64,000 nucleotides of DNA, taken from an uncultured Eggerthellaceae bacterium (GTDB lineage: Bacteria; Actinomycetota; Coriobacteriia; Coriobacteriales; Eggerthellaceae). The position numbers and the translations under genes are program-made. Positions 28,406 to 37,218 of this stretch are shown in pieces. Location of the stretch: assembly GCA_937892845.1 (NCBI GenBank), contig CALBGP010000031.1:9357-73356 (forward strand), written 5' to 3'. The notes under the pieces are model-generated. The model saw nothing but the letters and a program-made list of their open reading frames with translations, was not told where the DNA came from and made no database searches. Each line of letters opens with the position of its first letter. The first letter of the stretch is position 1.

Positions 28406-29112
28406 AAGCGATGATTCTTTCCGACTTCATGACCCTGAAGCGGTCTATGCTCCAGCTGATCTTGAGCTGCGTGGTCATAGGGTCGATACTGGGTGTGGCC
28501 ATGGGCAGCACCGTCGCGGCTGCAGTAAGCATCGCATCCATGCTGCCGTTCATGTTCCTGTTCAGCATCGTAGCTTACGACGAATTCAACGGATGGGAGC
28601 GCTTCCGTATGAGCCTGCCCATCAGCCGTCGCAATGTGGTGCTGGGCCGATACGCAAGTGCAGCCATCGTTTCGGCGGCGGGAATAGTCGTCGGCGTCTG
28701 CGTTGGCGCGATCGTCACCGCAGTGGCAGGCGCACTGCCGCTGTCCGCAGAGACGGCCGCGTCGCTGAGCTGGGAGAACAATCCGATCGGCGCCATGATA
28801 GGCGCGGCAGTGGGAGGCGTCGGCGCCATCATGGTGACCATGGCCGTAGCGCTGCCGCTCATCATGCGCTACGGCATGACGAAAGCCACGCGCATCATCC
28901 CCATCATCTTCCTGATCATCTTCTGCTTCGGACTGGGCATGGTGGGCCAGGGCCTCTTCGGTGCCGACGGGCTTGAGGGAATCGTGTTCGCTCTGATGAA
29001 CAGCGGTGAGGGCATAGCGATTGCCGTCGCCATCCCCGTCGCAGCGGTTATCGCAATCTATGCCGTGAGTGCCGCCATTGCCATCAAACTCTACGCCAAG
29101 CGCGAACTCTAG
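28402..29112 (+). CDS. ABC-2 family membrane permease
   Basis: 236 aa with 6 hydrophobic segments. ATGA overlap with the ATPase gene. Confidence 0.7.
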   Translation: MKAMILSDFMTLKRSMLQLILSCVVIGSILGVAMGSTVAAAVSIASMLPFMFLFSIVAYDEFNGWERFRMSLPISRRNVVLGRYASAAIVSAAGIVVGVCVGAIVTAVAGALPLSAETAASLSWENNPIGAMIGAAVGGVGAIMVTMAVALPLIMRYGMTKATRIIPIIFLIIFCFGLGMVGQGLFGADGLEGIVFALMNSGEGIAIAVAIPVAAVIAIYAVSAAIAIKLYAKREL

Positions 29113-29147
29113 CGCCAACGAGGTTGATGCGCCGCGCAAGCCGCAGG

Positions 29148-30446
29148 TCAGCACATGCCTGCGGCTTGCGCGGCTTCGGCTGCCGATCGGTAGACCTCAG
29201 CGAAAGCCGCATCGTGAGCACGGGCGGCAGCGACGACGCTGTCATACTCCGGATACGCCCGCCTCCGACCATCGGGAAGCTCGACGCACTTGACCTCCAC
29301 CTCGCCGAAGGGCGTGGCCACGCAAGCCTTCCGACGCGGCAGCACGGTGCGTTCCATAGGGGCGCGGCGAATGCCGATGGTGGTGGTCTCCCGGAAGATC
29401 ACAGCCTCCAGATCCGGAATGCGCGCTTCGTCGCAGATGACCTGAAGCTGATAGGCAGGTCGGTTCTTCTTCATGTAAATGGGCGCGAAATGGGCCTCCC
29501 GGGCACCCGCCGCAAACAGGCAATCCAAGGTATAACCAAGCGCTTCGCCCGTGCAATCATCGATATCGGCCTCAAGCTTCCAGATGGCGGAGGCGGAAAC
29601 GGGCTGCGCGGCGAAATCGACCAAAGGCTCAGCTTGCGGCTCAATCAGCATGGCGCGCAAGAGTCCCGGCACCTCATGGTCGCGCTTGCCGGCGCCATAT
29701 CCCGCAGAGACCACCCTATAGGCCTGCGGCAACCGATCCGATGTGCGAACCGCAGCGGCCAAAGCGGCACCGGTCGGAGTCACGTACTCCCCCTTCGCCT
29801 TAAGGGGAGCCAGCGCGATGCCATGCGCGCGCACAATCTCCAGCACGGCAGGAACCGGCACCGGAAGAACACCGTGCGCGCACCTGATGGTGCCGAAACC
29901 CTCATGCAGCGCCGGCACTATGACATCGGATATGCCCAGCTCATCAAGGCACACCGCCGCAGCGACTATGTCCACAATGGAGTCGACGGCGCCGACCTCG
30001 TGGAAATGCACCTGATCGGGCGTGGTACCATGTGCCTTCGCTTCAGCGGCGGCAAGTATCTCGAAGGTGCGCACGGCAAGGGATTCCGCTTCAGGCGAAA
30101 GGTGCGCGGCAGATATGATGCGGCGCACATCGGCAAGCGTGCGGTGCGCATGGGGTGCTGCAGCGTGGCCATGGTCGTGGTGGTCTGCAGCCACGGGCAT
30201 TTCGCCATAGAGATACGCCATGTCATGGTCGTGGTTCTCGTGGACCTCATCAAGCAGCACGGCGAAGTCGCACGCATCGATGCCCGCCTTGAAGGTGCGG
30301 GATATGCGCACGCTGAACCCCTCAAGCGGAAGGCGCGCCAAGGCATCGAGCAGAGCCTGGCGGTCCGCACCAAGATCAAGGAGTGCAGCGACCATCATGT
30401 CGCCGCCGATCCCCGATGCGCACTCCAGATACAGCGTCTTTCCCAT
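29148..30446 (-). CDS. larC: Nickel-pincer cofactor biosynthesis nickel insertion protein LarC
   Basis: N-terminus YLECASGIGGDMMVAALLDLGAD, His-rich Ni region (HENHDHD...DHHDHGH) and the C-terminal LarC2-like part. Confidence 0.9.
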   Translation of the reverse strand: MGKTLYLECASGIGGDMMVAALLDLGADRQALLDALARLPLEGFSVRISRTFKAGIDACDFAVLLDEVHENHDHDMAYLYGEMPVAADHHDHGHAAAPHAHRTLADVRRIISAAHLSPEAESLAVRTFEILAAAEAKAHGTTPDQVHFHEVGAVDSIVDIVAAAVCLDELGISDVIVPALHEGFGTIRCAHGVLPVPVPAVLEIVRAHGIALAPLKAKGEYVTPTGAALAAAVRTSDRLPQAYRVVSAGYGAGKRDHEVPGLLRAMLIEPQAEPLVDFAAQPVSASAIWKLEADIDDCTGEALGYTLDCLFAAGAREAHFAPIYMKKNRPAYQLQVICDEARIPDLEAVIFRETTTIGIRRAPMERTVLPRRKACVATPFGEVEVKCVELPDGRRRAYPEYDSVVAAARAHDAAFAEVYRSAAEAAQAAGMC

Positions 30447-30460
30447 CAGGTCCTTCCCTT

Positions 30461-31333
30461 CTATCGGGCGTTTCGGCCGGGTTCGAAGCTAGCGTCGTGG
30501 CCGGCATCGCATCCGGACTCGGAGCTGGTGCGGCCGGGTTCGCGGGCATCCCACCATGCGCGATCGATGAGCGCCGCCTGGTACCCCGCTCCGAAGCCGT
30601 TGTCGATATTGACCACGGATACGCCGCTCGCGCACGAATTGAGCATGGCAAGCAGCGCCGTGACCCCGCCGAACGAGGCTCCGTATCCAACGCTGGTGGG
30701 CACCGCTATTACAGGGCAGGCCGCCAGCCCGCCTATCACGCTGGGCAGCGCCCCTTCCATCCCGGCAACCGCCACGATGACATGCGCCTGCGCAATGTCG
30801 TCCGCATGGGCAAGCAACCGGTGAATCCCTGCAACGCCGGCATCATAGAGCCTGGTCACACGGCACCCATGAACCTCAGCCGTAACGGCGGCCTCCTCGG
30901 CCACGGGCAGATCGCTCGTACCCGCACATGCCACAAGCACGCAGCTCCCAGATTCCGGTTCGGGCAGCCCGCCGACAATGCCCAGCCCGGGCTGCTCGCG
31001 AAATTCAAACGGCACATCAGAGGAAAACGCAGCGGCAACTTCGCGCGCCTTATCCGCATTAAGACGCGTCACCAAAACACGGCTCTGCCCCGCCTCGATG
31101 AGCGTATTGCAAATGGATGCTATCTGGCCTGCGGTCTTACCAGCTCCGTAAATCACCTCGGTAGCCCCCTGGCGAACCGCCCGCTGGGTATCAACCTTGG
31201 CGAAGCCCAAATCTGCGAAACCCGGGCCGGACACCGACGCAGCACGCAAGCGCACCAGCGCCTGCTCCGCATCCATCCTGCCGGCGCTCACATCCTCAAG
31301 CAGGACGCGAACAGCGCGATCGTCCATCTGCAA
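30461..31333 (-). CDS. larB: Nickel-pincer cofactor biosynthesis protein LarB (PurE-like carboxylase/hydrolase)
   Basis: AGTSDLPVAEEA...VAVAGMEGALPSVIGGL...VIAVPTSVGYG pattern. Lies 14 nt upstream of larC. Confidence 0.9.
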   Translation of the reverse strand: MQMDDRAVRVLLEDVSAGRMDAEQALVRLRAASVSGPGFADLGFAKVDTQRAVRQGATEVIYGAGKTAGQIASICNTLIEAGQSRVLVTRLNADKAREVAAAFSSDVPFEFREQPGLGIVGGLPEPESGSCVLVACAGTSDLPVAEEAAVTAEVHGCRVTRLYDAGVAGIHRLLAHADDIAQAHVIVAVAGMEGALPSVIGGLAACPVIAVPTSVGYGASFGGVTALLAMLNSCASGVSVVNIDNGFGAGYQAALIDRAWWDAREPGRTSSESGCDAGHDASFEPGRNAR

Positions 31334-31452
31334 CGCCCCTTTCGCGCGAACGGATGCGGCGAAGCCTGCAACCCCGCCGCATCCCCGTGAAATCCGTTGT
31401 CGTCGAGGATAGCACCCCGAACGCCCGCAAGGCCTTGCAGCATCCAGTCAGC

Positions 31453-33294
31453 TCAAGGACAACAAGAATCCCCATCCGCGTCAACCGCCGAAGCATCCGG
31501 CCGTCCGTCATCGGAGGCGGCAGCAAGCAGAAGCTTGACCTCCACGGCGAATCCCCTTCCGGGCTGTCCGGGCTCGGCGGGCGGAATGGCCCAGCCGACC
31601 GTGGCCGAACCGCCATGCACCACGGCTATGCGGGCGATCAGCGCCAATCCAAGACCGTGGCCGTCGGATGTCTGAGGCAGCACCGGAGCGTCGGACAGCG
31701 CCGCCGAAGCATAGGAACCCACACCGGTTCCGGCAGATCCGGCCATGACACCTGCAAGCCTGATCAGCGTGGCCTCATCGACCCCGCGGCCATCGTCGGC
31801 AACAAGGATCCTCGCGAAGCCGGCCGGGTCCTTCGACACGCGCACCAGGACCGAGCAACCGTCCTCATTGTGCAGCACGGCGTTGTTGATGGCGTTGGAC
31901 AAAGCGCGTTTGATCAGACGCGCGTCTCCCTCAACCAGCATGCTTTCGGCATCTTCGCCTACATCGAGGTCTATGTCGAAGCGCTCGTCAAGACCGCCGT
32001 TGAGCGTCATCACCACAACCTCGCGGGCCAGACGCGCAGGCAAGAGTCTCTCGCGGTTGAGCGGCTGCATATCGTATTCGAGCTTGGAGGCTATGTTGAG
32101 GTCCTCCACCAAATCACGGATGCGCATCGACTGGCGCATAATCACGTCAGCCTGCTGGCGCATCTGCCCGTCATCTCCCGCCGCACGCGAAATCTGCTCC
32201 GCATAGCCCATGATCATGGAAAGAGGCGTACGGATGTCATGGCTCACGCCGCTCACCCAATTGCGCCGCGCCGTATCCTTCGCCTGAATGATGCGCGAAG
32301 CGGAGTTGAGGCTCTCCCCGATGCCGCTGAGCGCGCCCTTCAGATGGACGTCGACGGGACGGCCCTCGGAGATGTCAGCCAGCGCCTGCATGGCAGGAGC
32401 CGCACCCTTCGCCACACGACGCTTCGACACCACATACACGGCGAAGAAGATCGCAATGTCCACCAGAAAGACCAGCATCGCATAAAAGGGCACACGCATG
32501 AAGGTGCCGTACTCAAGGGAATAGCCGCCGGTGATATAGGAATCCCTAGGCATGCCCACCACCGCGATGCCATCGGTGCGCGACCAGATTTTGACCGGAT
32601 AATCGTTGACCATGCGGTAATGGCCGACCAGAGCCGCAGACGTGATGTCGTAGGAAAGCGGGACATCATCAGGCAGGGCGTAGGACCAAACCACCTCTCC
32701 ATCTTCGCCGATGAACATGGCCCATGCCTTGGCCTCGTCGAGCATGCCGATCAGCTCGGGCGACACGAAGTAGCTCCGGCCGTCATAAGAGACGCCGGCC
32801 TCAATGGCCCCTTCAACAGGAGAAGAGGGAGGCTCAGTCTCATACGCCGATTCCCCTGGCGACGCAGAGCCGGACTCCGATGCAGAGCCGCGGTCCGCAT
32901 CATCTCCGGCAAAACCATCGGAAGTTTCGCTAAGAACCTCTTCGGCATATAGCTCATCAGCCAAGGTGACCACCATGGAACGCGGCGAACCGTTGGAATC
33001 CAAGATGCCGGTTTCGTAGATTCCCAACCCGACATAGATTGCCAGATCAAGCACGATGACGCACAGGGCGAGGGCTGCGAATAAAAGCACCTGCTTGACT
33101 GAGAAAAACGGAATTCTGCCGGCTTTTTTCCTGGGCGCAGAAACCGTAGAACCGCCTGGCGCTGCAGCAGAGCCATCCAGGCTGAAGGCCGCATCCTGAA
33201 AAGCACCCTGCTCGAAGACGGCAGGGGGCACAGGCGGCGGCCCTCCTTTGGCGCCGCGCGGCGGAAGCGATGGCATGCGGGAATCCTCCATCAT
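31453..33294 (-). CDS. Sensor histidine kinase with a large extracytoplasmic domain
   Basis: H-box SHDIRTPLSMIMGYAE, N box NAINNAVLHN, and G boxes DDGRGVD/GHGLGLAL. Two TM segments flank a loop of about 210 aa. Confidence 0.85.
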   Translation of the reverse strand: MMEDSRMPSLPPRGAKGGPPPVPPAVFEQGAFQDAAFSLDGSAAAPGGSTVSAPRKKAGRIPFFSVKQVLLFAALALCVIVLDLAIYVGLGIYETGILDSNGSPRSMVVTLADELYAEEVLSETSDGFAGDDADRGSASESGSASPGESAYETEPPSSPVEGAIEAGVSYDGRSYFVSPELIGMLDEAKAWAMFIGEDGEVVWSYALPDDVPLSYDITSAALVGHYRMVNDYPVKIWSRTDGIAVVGMPRDSYITGGYSLEYGTFMRVPFYAMLVFLVDIAIFFAVYVVSKRRVAKGAAPAMQALADISEGRPVDVHLKGALSGIGESLNSASRIIQAKDTARRNWVSGVSHDIRTPLSMIMGYAEQISRAAGDDGQMRQQADVIMRQSMRIRDLVEDLNIASKLEYDMQPLNRERLLPARLAREVVVMTLNGGLDERFDIDLDVGEDAESMLVEGDARLIKRALSNAINNAVLHNEDGCSVLVRVSKDPAGFARILVADDGRGVDEATLIRLAGVMAGSAGTGVGSYASAALSDAPVLPQTSDGHGLGLALIARIAVVHGGSATVGWAIPPAEPGQPGRGFAVEVKLLLAAASDDGRPDASAVDADGDSCCP

Positions 33295-34007
33295 GCATCA
33301 CCTTTTTCAACCAGAAGCTTGTAGCCCAAACCCTTCACCGTGACCAAGCTCACCGGATTCGACGGGTCGGCCTCGATCTTCTCCCGGATGCGGCGCACGT
33401 GCGTCATGAGCGATTTCTCATAGCCGAACGAAGACCCCCAGCACTCCTCGCACAAAGAGTCGGTGGTCACAATCCGATTGGCGTTGCGCGCCAGAATCTC
33501 CAGCAGATCATGCTCCTTGGCCGTCAAAGACACGGTTCTGCCATCCGCCCGCACCACTTCGACATTCTCCAAATCAACGGTGCAAGCGGCAAGCTGCAGG
33601 GCGGGATTGGTATCGCGGTAGCAACGGCGCAGAACCGCATGGATGCGCAGCAGCAGCTCCTGAGGAGAAAACGGCTTGCTTACATAATCATCCGCACCGC
33701 TGCGCAGGCCGGCAAGGCGATCGGACATCTCATCTTTTGCCGTGAGGAAGATCACGGGCACCGGATCATCCGGGCACAGCTCGCGAAGGAACCGGCAGAG
33801 GGTGAAACCATCGCCGTCGGGAAGCATGACGTCAAGCAGCGCCAAATCCGGCTTATCGCGGCGAAACGCCACGAGCGCCTCCGAGACGCTTGCGGCTTTG
33901 ACCACATGCGAGAACCCATCGGCAGCAAGGATGTCGCCCACCATGCGCAAAAGTCCGGGCTCGTCGTCAACCAGAAGGATCGTACGGGATTTCATCGGAT
34001 CAGCCAT
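33291..34007 (-). CDS. OmpR/PhoB-family response regulator
   Basis: ILLVDDEPG...DLALLDVMLPDGDG receiver domain plus a winged-helix C-terminus (VTVKGLGYKL). ATGA overlap with the kinase. Candidate starts are 34007, 33995 and 34016; I chose 34007 from the SD spacing. Confidence 0.9.
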   Translation of the reverse strand: MADPMKSRTILLVDDEPGLLRMVGDILAADGFSHVVKAASVSEALVAFRRDKPDLALLDVMLPDGDGFTLCRFLRELCPDDPVPVIFLTAKDEMSDRLAGLRSGADDYVSKPFSPQELLLRIHAVLRRCYRDTNPALQLAACTVDLENVEVVRADGRTVSLTAKEHDLLEILARNANRIVTTDSLCEECWGSSFGYEKSLMTHVRRIREKIEADPSNPVSLVTVKGLGYKLLVEKGDA

Positions 34008-34227
34008 ATGCCCCATGCTCCATTCGTATCGGGAAGCCGGCAGCCCATGCTGCACGGCCCAGTGTTTCCACGCTCATTTAACCACCGCGCCGCGCGCTTC
34101 GCCATGCGCTTGATTGAAAGTCAGGCAAACGTAAGGTTGCAGGAAGGAAGCCGCAAGCATGCCCGCCTATCCTTGTCAAAGCCAATCGAATCTCGCGGCG
34201 GTTCCGCGGTGGACAGAAAGGATAATG

Positions 34228-35034
34228 ATGGGTAAACGCATTCTCGAGGTCATCGATCTCGCAAAACGCTACGACGACGCCACGCAGGCCCTCGGCAACG
34301 TAAGCTTTTATGTAGAAGAGGGCGAATTCGTGGGCATCATGGGCCCCAGCGGTTCAGGCAAGAGCACGCTGCTCAACTGCATCTCCACCATCGACCGCCC
34401 CACGTCCGGGCGCGTGGTCATTGCGGGCAAAGACACCGGAACGCTGCGGGCGAAGGAGCTTGCACGATTCCGCCGCGAAGAGCTGGGATTCGTGTTCCAG
34501 GACGCGAACCTGCTGGATTCGCTGACCGTACGCGAGAACATCGCGCTGGCACTGACCATCAAACATGAGCCCGCTGCGGAAATCCCTTCGCGCGTAGCGA
34601 ATTACGCGGCACGACTGGGCATCTCTGCTACGCTGGACAAATACCCCTATGAGATTTCCGGCGGACAGCGTCAACGCGCCGCAGCCGCACGCGCCATCAT
34701 CGGCCGTCCCCACCTGGTACTTGCCGATGAACCCACCGGTGCACTTGACTCCAAATCAGCGCGGGACCTGCTTGAGACATTCTCCTTCATGAACAGCATG
34801 GGCGCGACCCTTCTCATGGTGACCCACGATCCGCAAGCCGCAAGCTGGTGCAACCGCATCATCTTCATCAAGGACGGCGCTTTGGCGGGACAGCTCACCC
34901 GCGGAAATCTTGATCGCAAGATGTTTTTCAACGTAATCATGGAAGCAACCAGTCGGCTTACCGCCGAATCCGACAACGCCGAAGCAGCTTCGGGCAGTCT
35001 CTTCCCCTCGAACGCGTCCGGCGAAACGGAGTAG
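34228..35034 (+). CDS. ABC transporter ATP-binding protein (MacB/BceA-type)
   Basis: GPSGSGKSTLLN, LSGGQRQR-type signature (ISGGQRQRAAAARA) and LADEPTGALD. Start 34228 or 34225. Confidence 0.9.
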   Translation: MGKRILEVIDLAKRYDDATQALGNVSFYVEEGEFVGIMGPSGSGKSTLLNCISTIDRPTSGRVVIAGKDTGTLRAKELARFRREELGFVFQDANLLDSLTVRENIALALTIKHEPAAEIPSRVANYAARLGISATLDKYPYEISGGQRQRAAAARAIIGRPHLVLADEPTGALDSKSARDLLETFSFMNSMGATLLMVTHDPQAASWCNRIIFIKDGALAGQLTRGNLDRKMFFNVIMEATSRLTAESDNAEAASGSLFPSNASGETE

Positions 35035-35038
35035 TGCT

Positions 35039-37108
35039 ATGTATATCAAGCTCGCACTCTCGAATGTGGCGAAATCCGTCAAGGACTTCGCCGTGTACTT
35101 CTTCACGCTCATGGTGGGCGTGGCCGTGTTCTACGCATTCAACTCCGTAGCCGATCAGGATACGGTGCTTGTCCTGTCGCAACAGCAATCCGGCATGATG
35201 GAATTGCTCAACATCCTCATGGATGTCGTATCGGTGCTGATCGTGGTCGTACTGGCATTCCTGGTCATCTACGCAAGCCGTTTCCTGGCACGGCGTCGCA
35301 ACAAGGAATTCGCCATGTACCAGCTTCTGGGCATGATGCGCGGCCAGATCATCTGCGTGACCGCAGCCGAAACCGTAGCCGTGGGCATCTTGTCGCTCGG
35401 TTGCGGATTGGGTCTGGGCGTGGCCATTTCGCAAGGCCTGCTCCTGCTGACCGCATCTTTATTCGAGGCGACCATTCCCGGCTTCGAGCTCTTCATCTCA
35501 GGGGCGGCGCTCGCACGCACCCTGATCGTCTTCGCGGCGATCTTCGCCATCACCGTCATAGCAACCGCCCGCCGCGCCGCCGCCACGCCCCTCATCAAGC
35601 TCCTCGATGACGGACGTCGCAACGAAGCCTTCCGCCTGCGCAGCCTGCCTTTGTCATTCATCCTGTTCATCATCGCCTGCGCAATCATCGCCGTATCGTA
35701 CAAGCTGCTGCTTGACAACGGACTACTCTCCGCGTCGCCTGGCTTCTGGGCCGCAACCGTGTTGGTCTGCATCGGCACCGCGCTGTTCTTCTACTCCCTG
35801 TCAGGATTCCTGCTCAAACTCGTGCAGCTCATCAAACCCCTGTATTTCCGTGGGCTGAACATGTTCACCGCGCGCCAGATTGCAGCGCGCGCAAACAGCG
35901 GCTTCGCCTCCATGTCCGTGATCTGCATGACGCTGTTCTTCGCCCTGACTAGCGTTTGCGCCGGCATAGGCATCTGCTTGGCGCTGCAGGATAGCCTGGA
36001 GAAATCCACCACCTACGACGCATCCGTCACCCTGTATTGGGAAGATGCCGGGGACTTTCTGCCCTTCGCGCTGGAGCATGACCGCGACATGGCCGAAGGA
36101 TTGGCCGCTTCCACCGATGCGGTGGGCTCCACCCCCTTCGACGCCATGGCCGCCCGAACCGCCCAGCTTGACTACCGAACAGGCAACCTGACCTTCGGCG
36201 ACCTGGACAAACTGGCATCCAAGCCGCTGTCCGAATACGCAGGCGCCGGCGTTGTCTCCGATGGGTACCAGCAGACTCCTTTGTCCGTGCTCGCGCTCTC
36301 TCAGGTCAATGCCTCGCTGGAACTGGCCGGAAAAGAGCCCATCGAGCTCGCCAGCGGCCATGCCATGCTTGTCGGCAACACCGACATCACCCTCCCCTAT
36401 CTGCGCGATGTCTGCGCCAGCGGCTCGCAGGTGACCGTATTCGACCGCCCGCTCACGCTTGAGCCGGAGCTCAAGGAAATGTATCTGGAAACCACCGGAT
36501 TCGCCGGACAGGTAGGGGCCGTCATCGTCAACGATAACGAGATACCCGCCGATGCGCCGTGGTATTACTCGATCCTCAACGTCATGTACCCCGAAGGCGC
36601 AGGTCAACCCGATGCCGCCGAAGAGCAGTTCGTCTCCTTCACCGATGCCGTCCAGGCATCGACCGACACGCAAACCATGCCCATCAGCCTGGCGCAGACC
36701 CGCATAAGCGTCATCGACCAGAGCGTAGGGATGACCACCATCGTAAGTTATCTGGCCATCTACATCGGCCTCATCCTGGTCGTGGCCTGCGCAGCGATTC
36801 TGGCCATCCAGCAGCTCACGGGAGCTTCGGACAACGCGCAACGCTACCGCCTGCTCTCCAAGCTGGGAGCATCCAGCCGCATGATTTCCGGTTCGCTGTT
36901 CAAGCAGATCGGCGTCGCCTTCATCTTTCCCTTGCTGCTTGCCATCGCCCATACGATCTGCGCCATGACCGTAGTGATCGACGTGGTCGAAGTCTTCGGC
37001 TCGATAGACATCGGTGCCATCAGCCTGATTGCCGCAGGATGCTTCCTGGCAGTCTATGGCATCTACTTCCTGATCACGTACTTCACCGCCCGCAGCATGG
37101 TGCGCTGA
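35039..37108 (+). CDS. FtsX-fold ABC permease, BceB-like (10 TM with a large extracellular domain)
   Basis: 689 aa. Two FtsX-like helix bundles are separated by a soluble region of about 230 aa, matching the size and architecture of BceB-type permeases. Confidence 0.8.
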   Translation: MYIKLALSNVAKSVKDFAVYFFTLMVGVAVFYAFNSVADQDTVLVLSQQQSGMMELLNILMDVVSVLIVVVLAFLVIYASRFLARRRNKEFAMYQLLGMMRGQIICVTAAETVAVGILSLGCGLGLGVAISQGLLLLTASLFEATIPGFELFISGAALARTLIVFAAIFAITVIATARRAAATPLIKLLDDGRRNEAFRLRSLPLSFILFIIACAIIAVSYKLLLDNGLLSASPGFWAATVLVCIGTALFFYSLSGFLLKLVQLIKPLYFRGLNMFTARQIAARANSGFASMSVICMTLFFALTSVCAGIGICLALQDSLEKSTTYDASVTLYWEDAGDFLPFALEHDRDMAEGLAASTDAVGSTPFDAMAARTAQLDYRTGNLTFGDLDKLASKPLSEYAGAGVVSDGYQQTPLSVLALSQVNASLELAGKEPIELASGHAMLVGNTDITLPYLRDVCASGSQVTVFDRPLTLEPELKEMYLETTGFAGQVGAVIVNDNEIPADAPWYYSILNVMYPEGAGQPDAAEEQFVSFTDAVQASTDTQTMPISLAQTRISVIDQSVGMTTIVSYLAIYIGLILVVACAAILAIQQLTGASDNAQRYRLLSKLGASSRMISGSLFKQIGVAFIFPLLLAIAHTICAMTVVIDVVEVFGSIDIGAISLIAAGCFLAVYGIYFLITYFTARSMVR

Positions 37109-37129
37109 TCAGTCTGCCCGCAAAACAAA

Positions 37130-37160
37130 AAACGGCCGCCTGGAAACCAGGCGGCCGTTT
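37130..37160. terminator. Bidirectional intrinsic terminator (AAACGGCCGCCTGG-AAA-CCAGGCGGCCGTTT)
   Basis: 14-bp perfect stem flanked by an A-tract on one side and a T-rich tail on the other, between convergent bceB-like and argS genes. Confidence 0.75.
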
Positions 37161-37218
37161 GCTTTCGAAACTGAAGCCGCAGCGAACCGGAAAACCGTCG
37201 CCGCAACCTGCATCCGGA

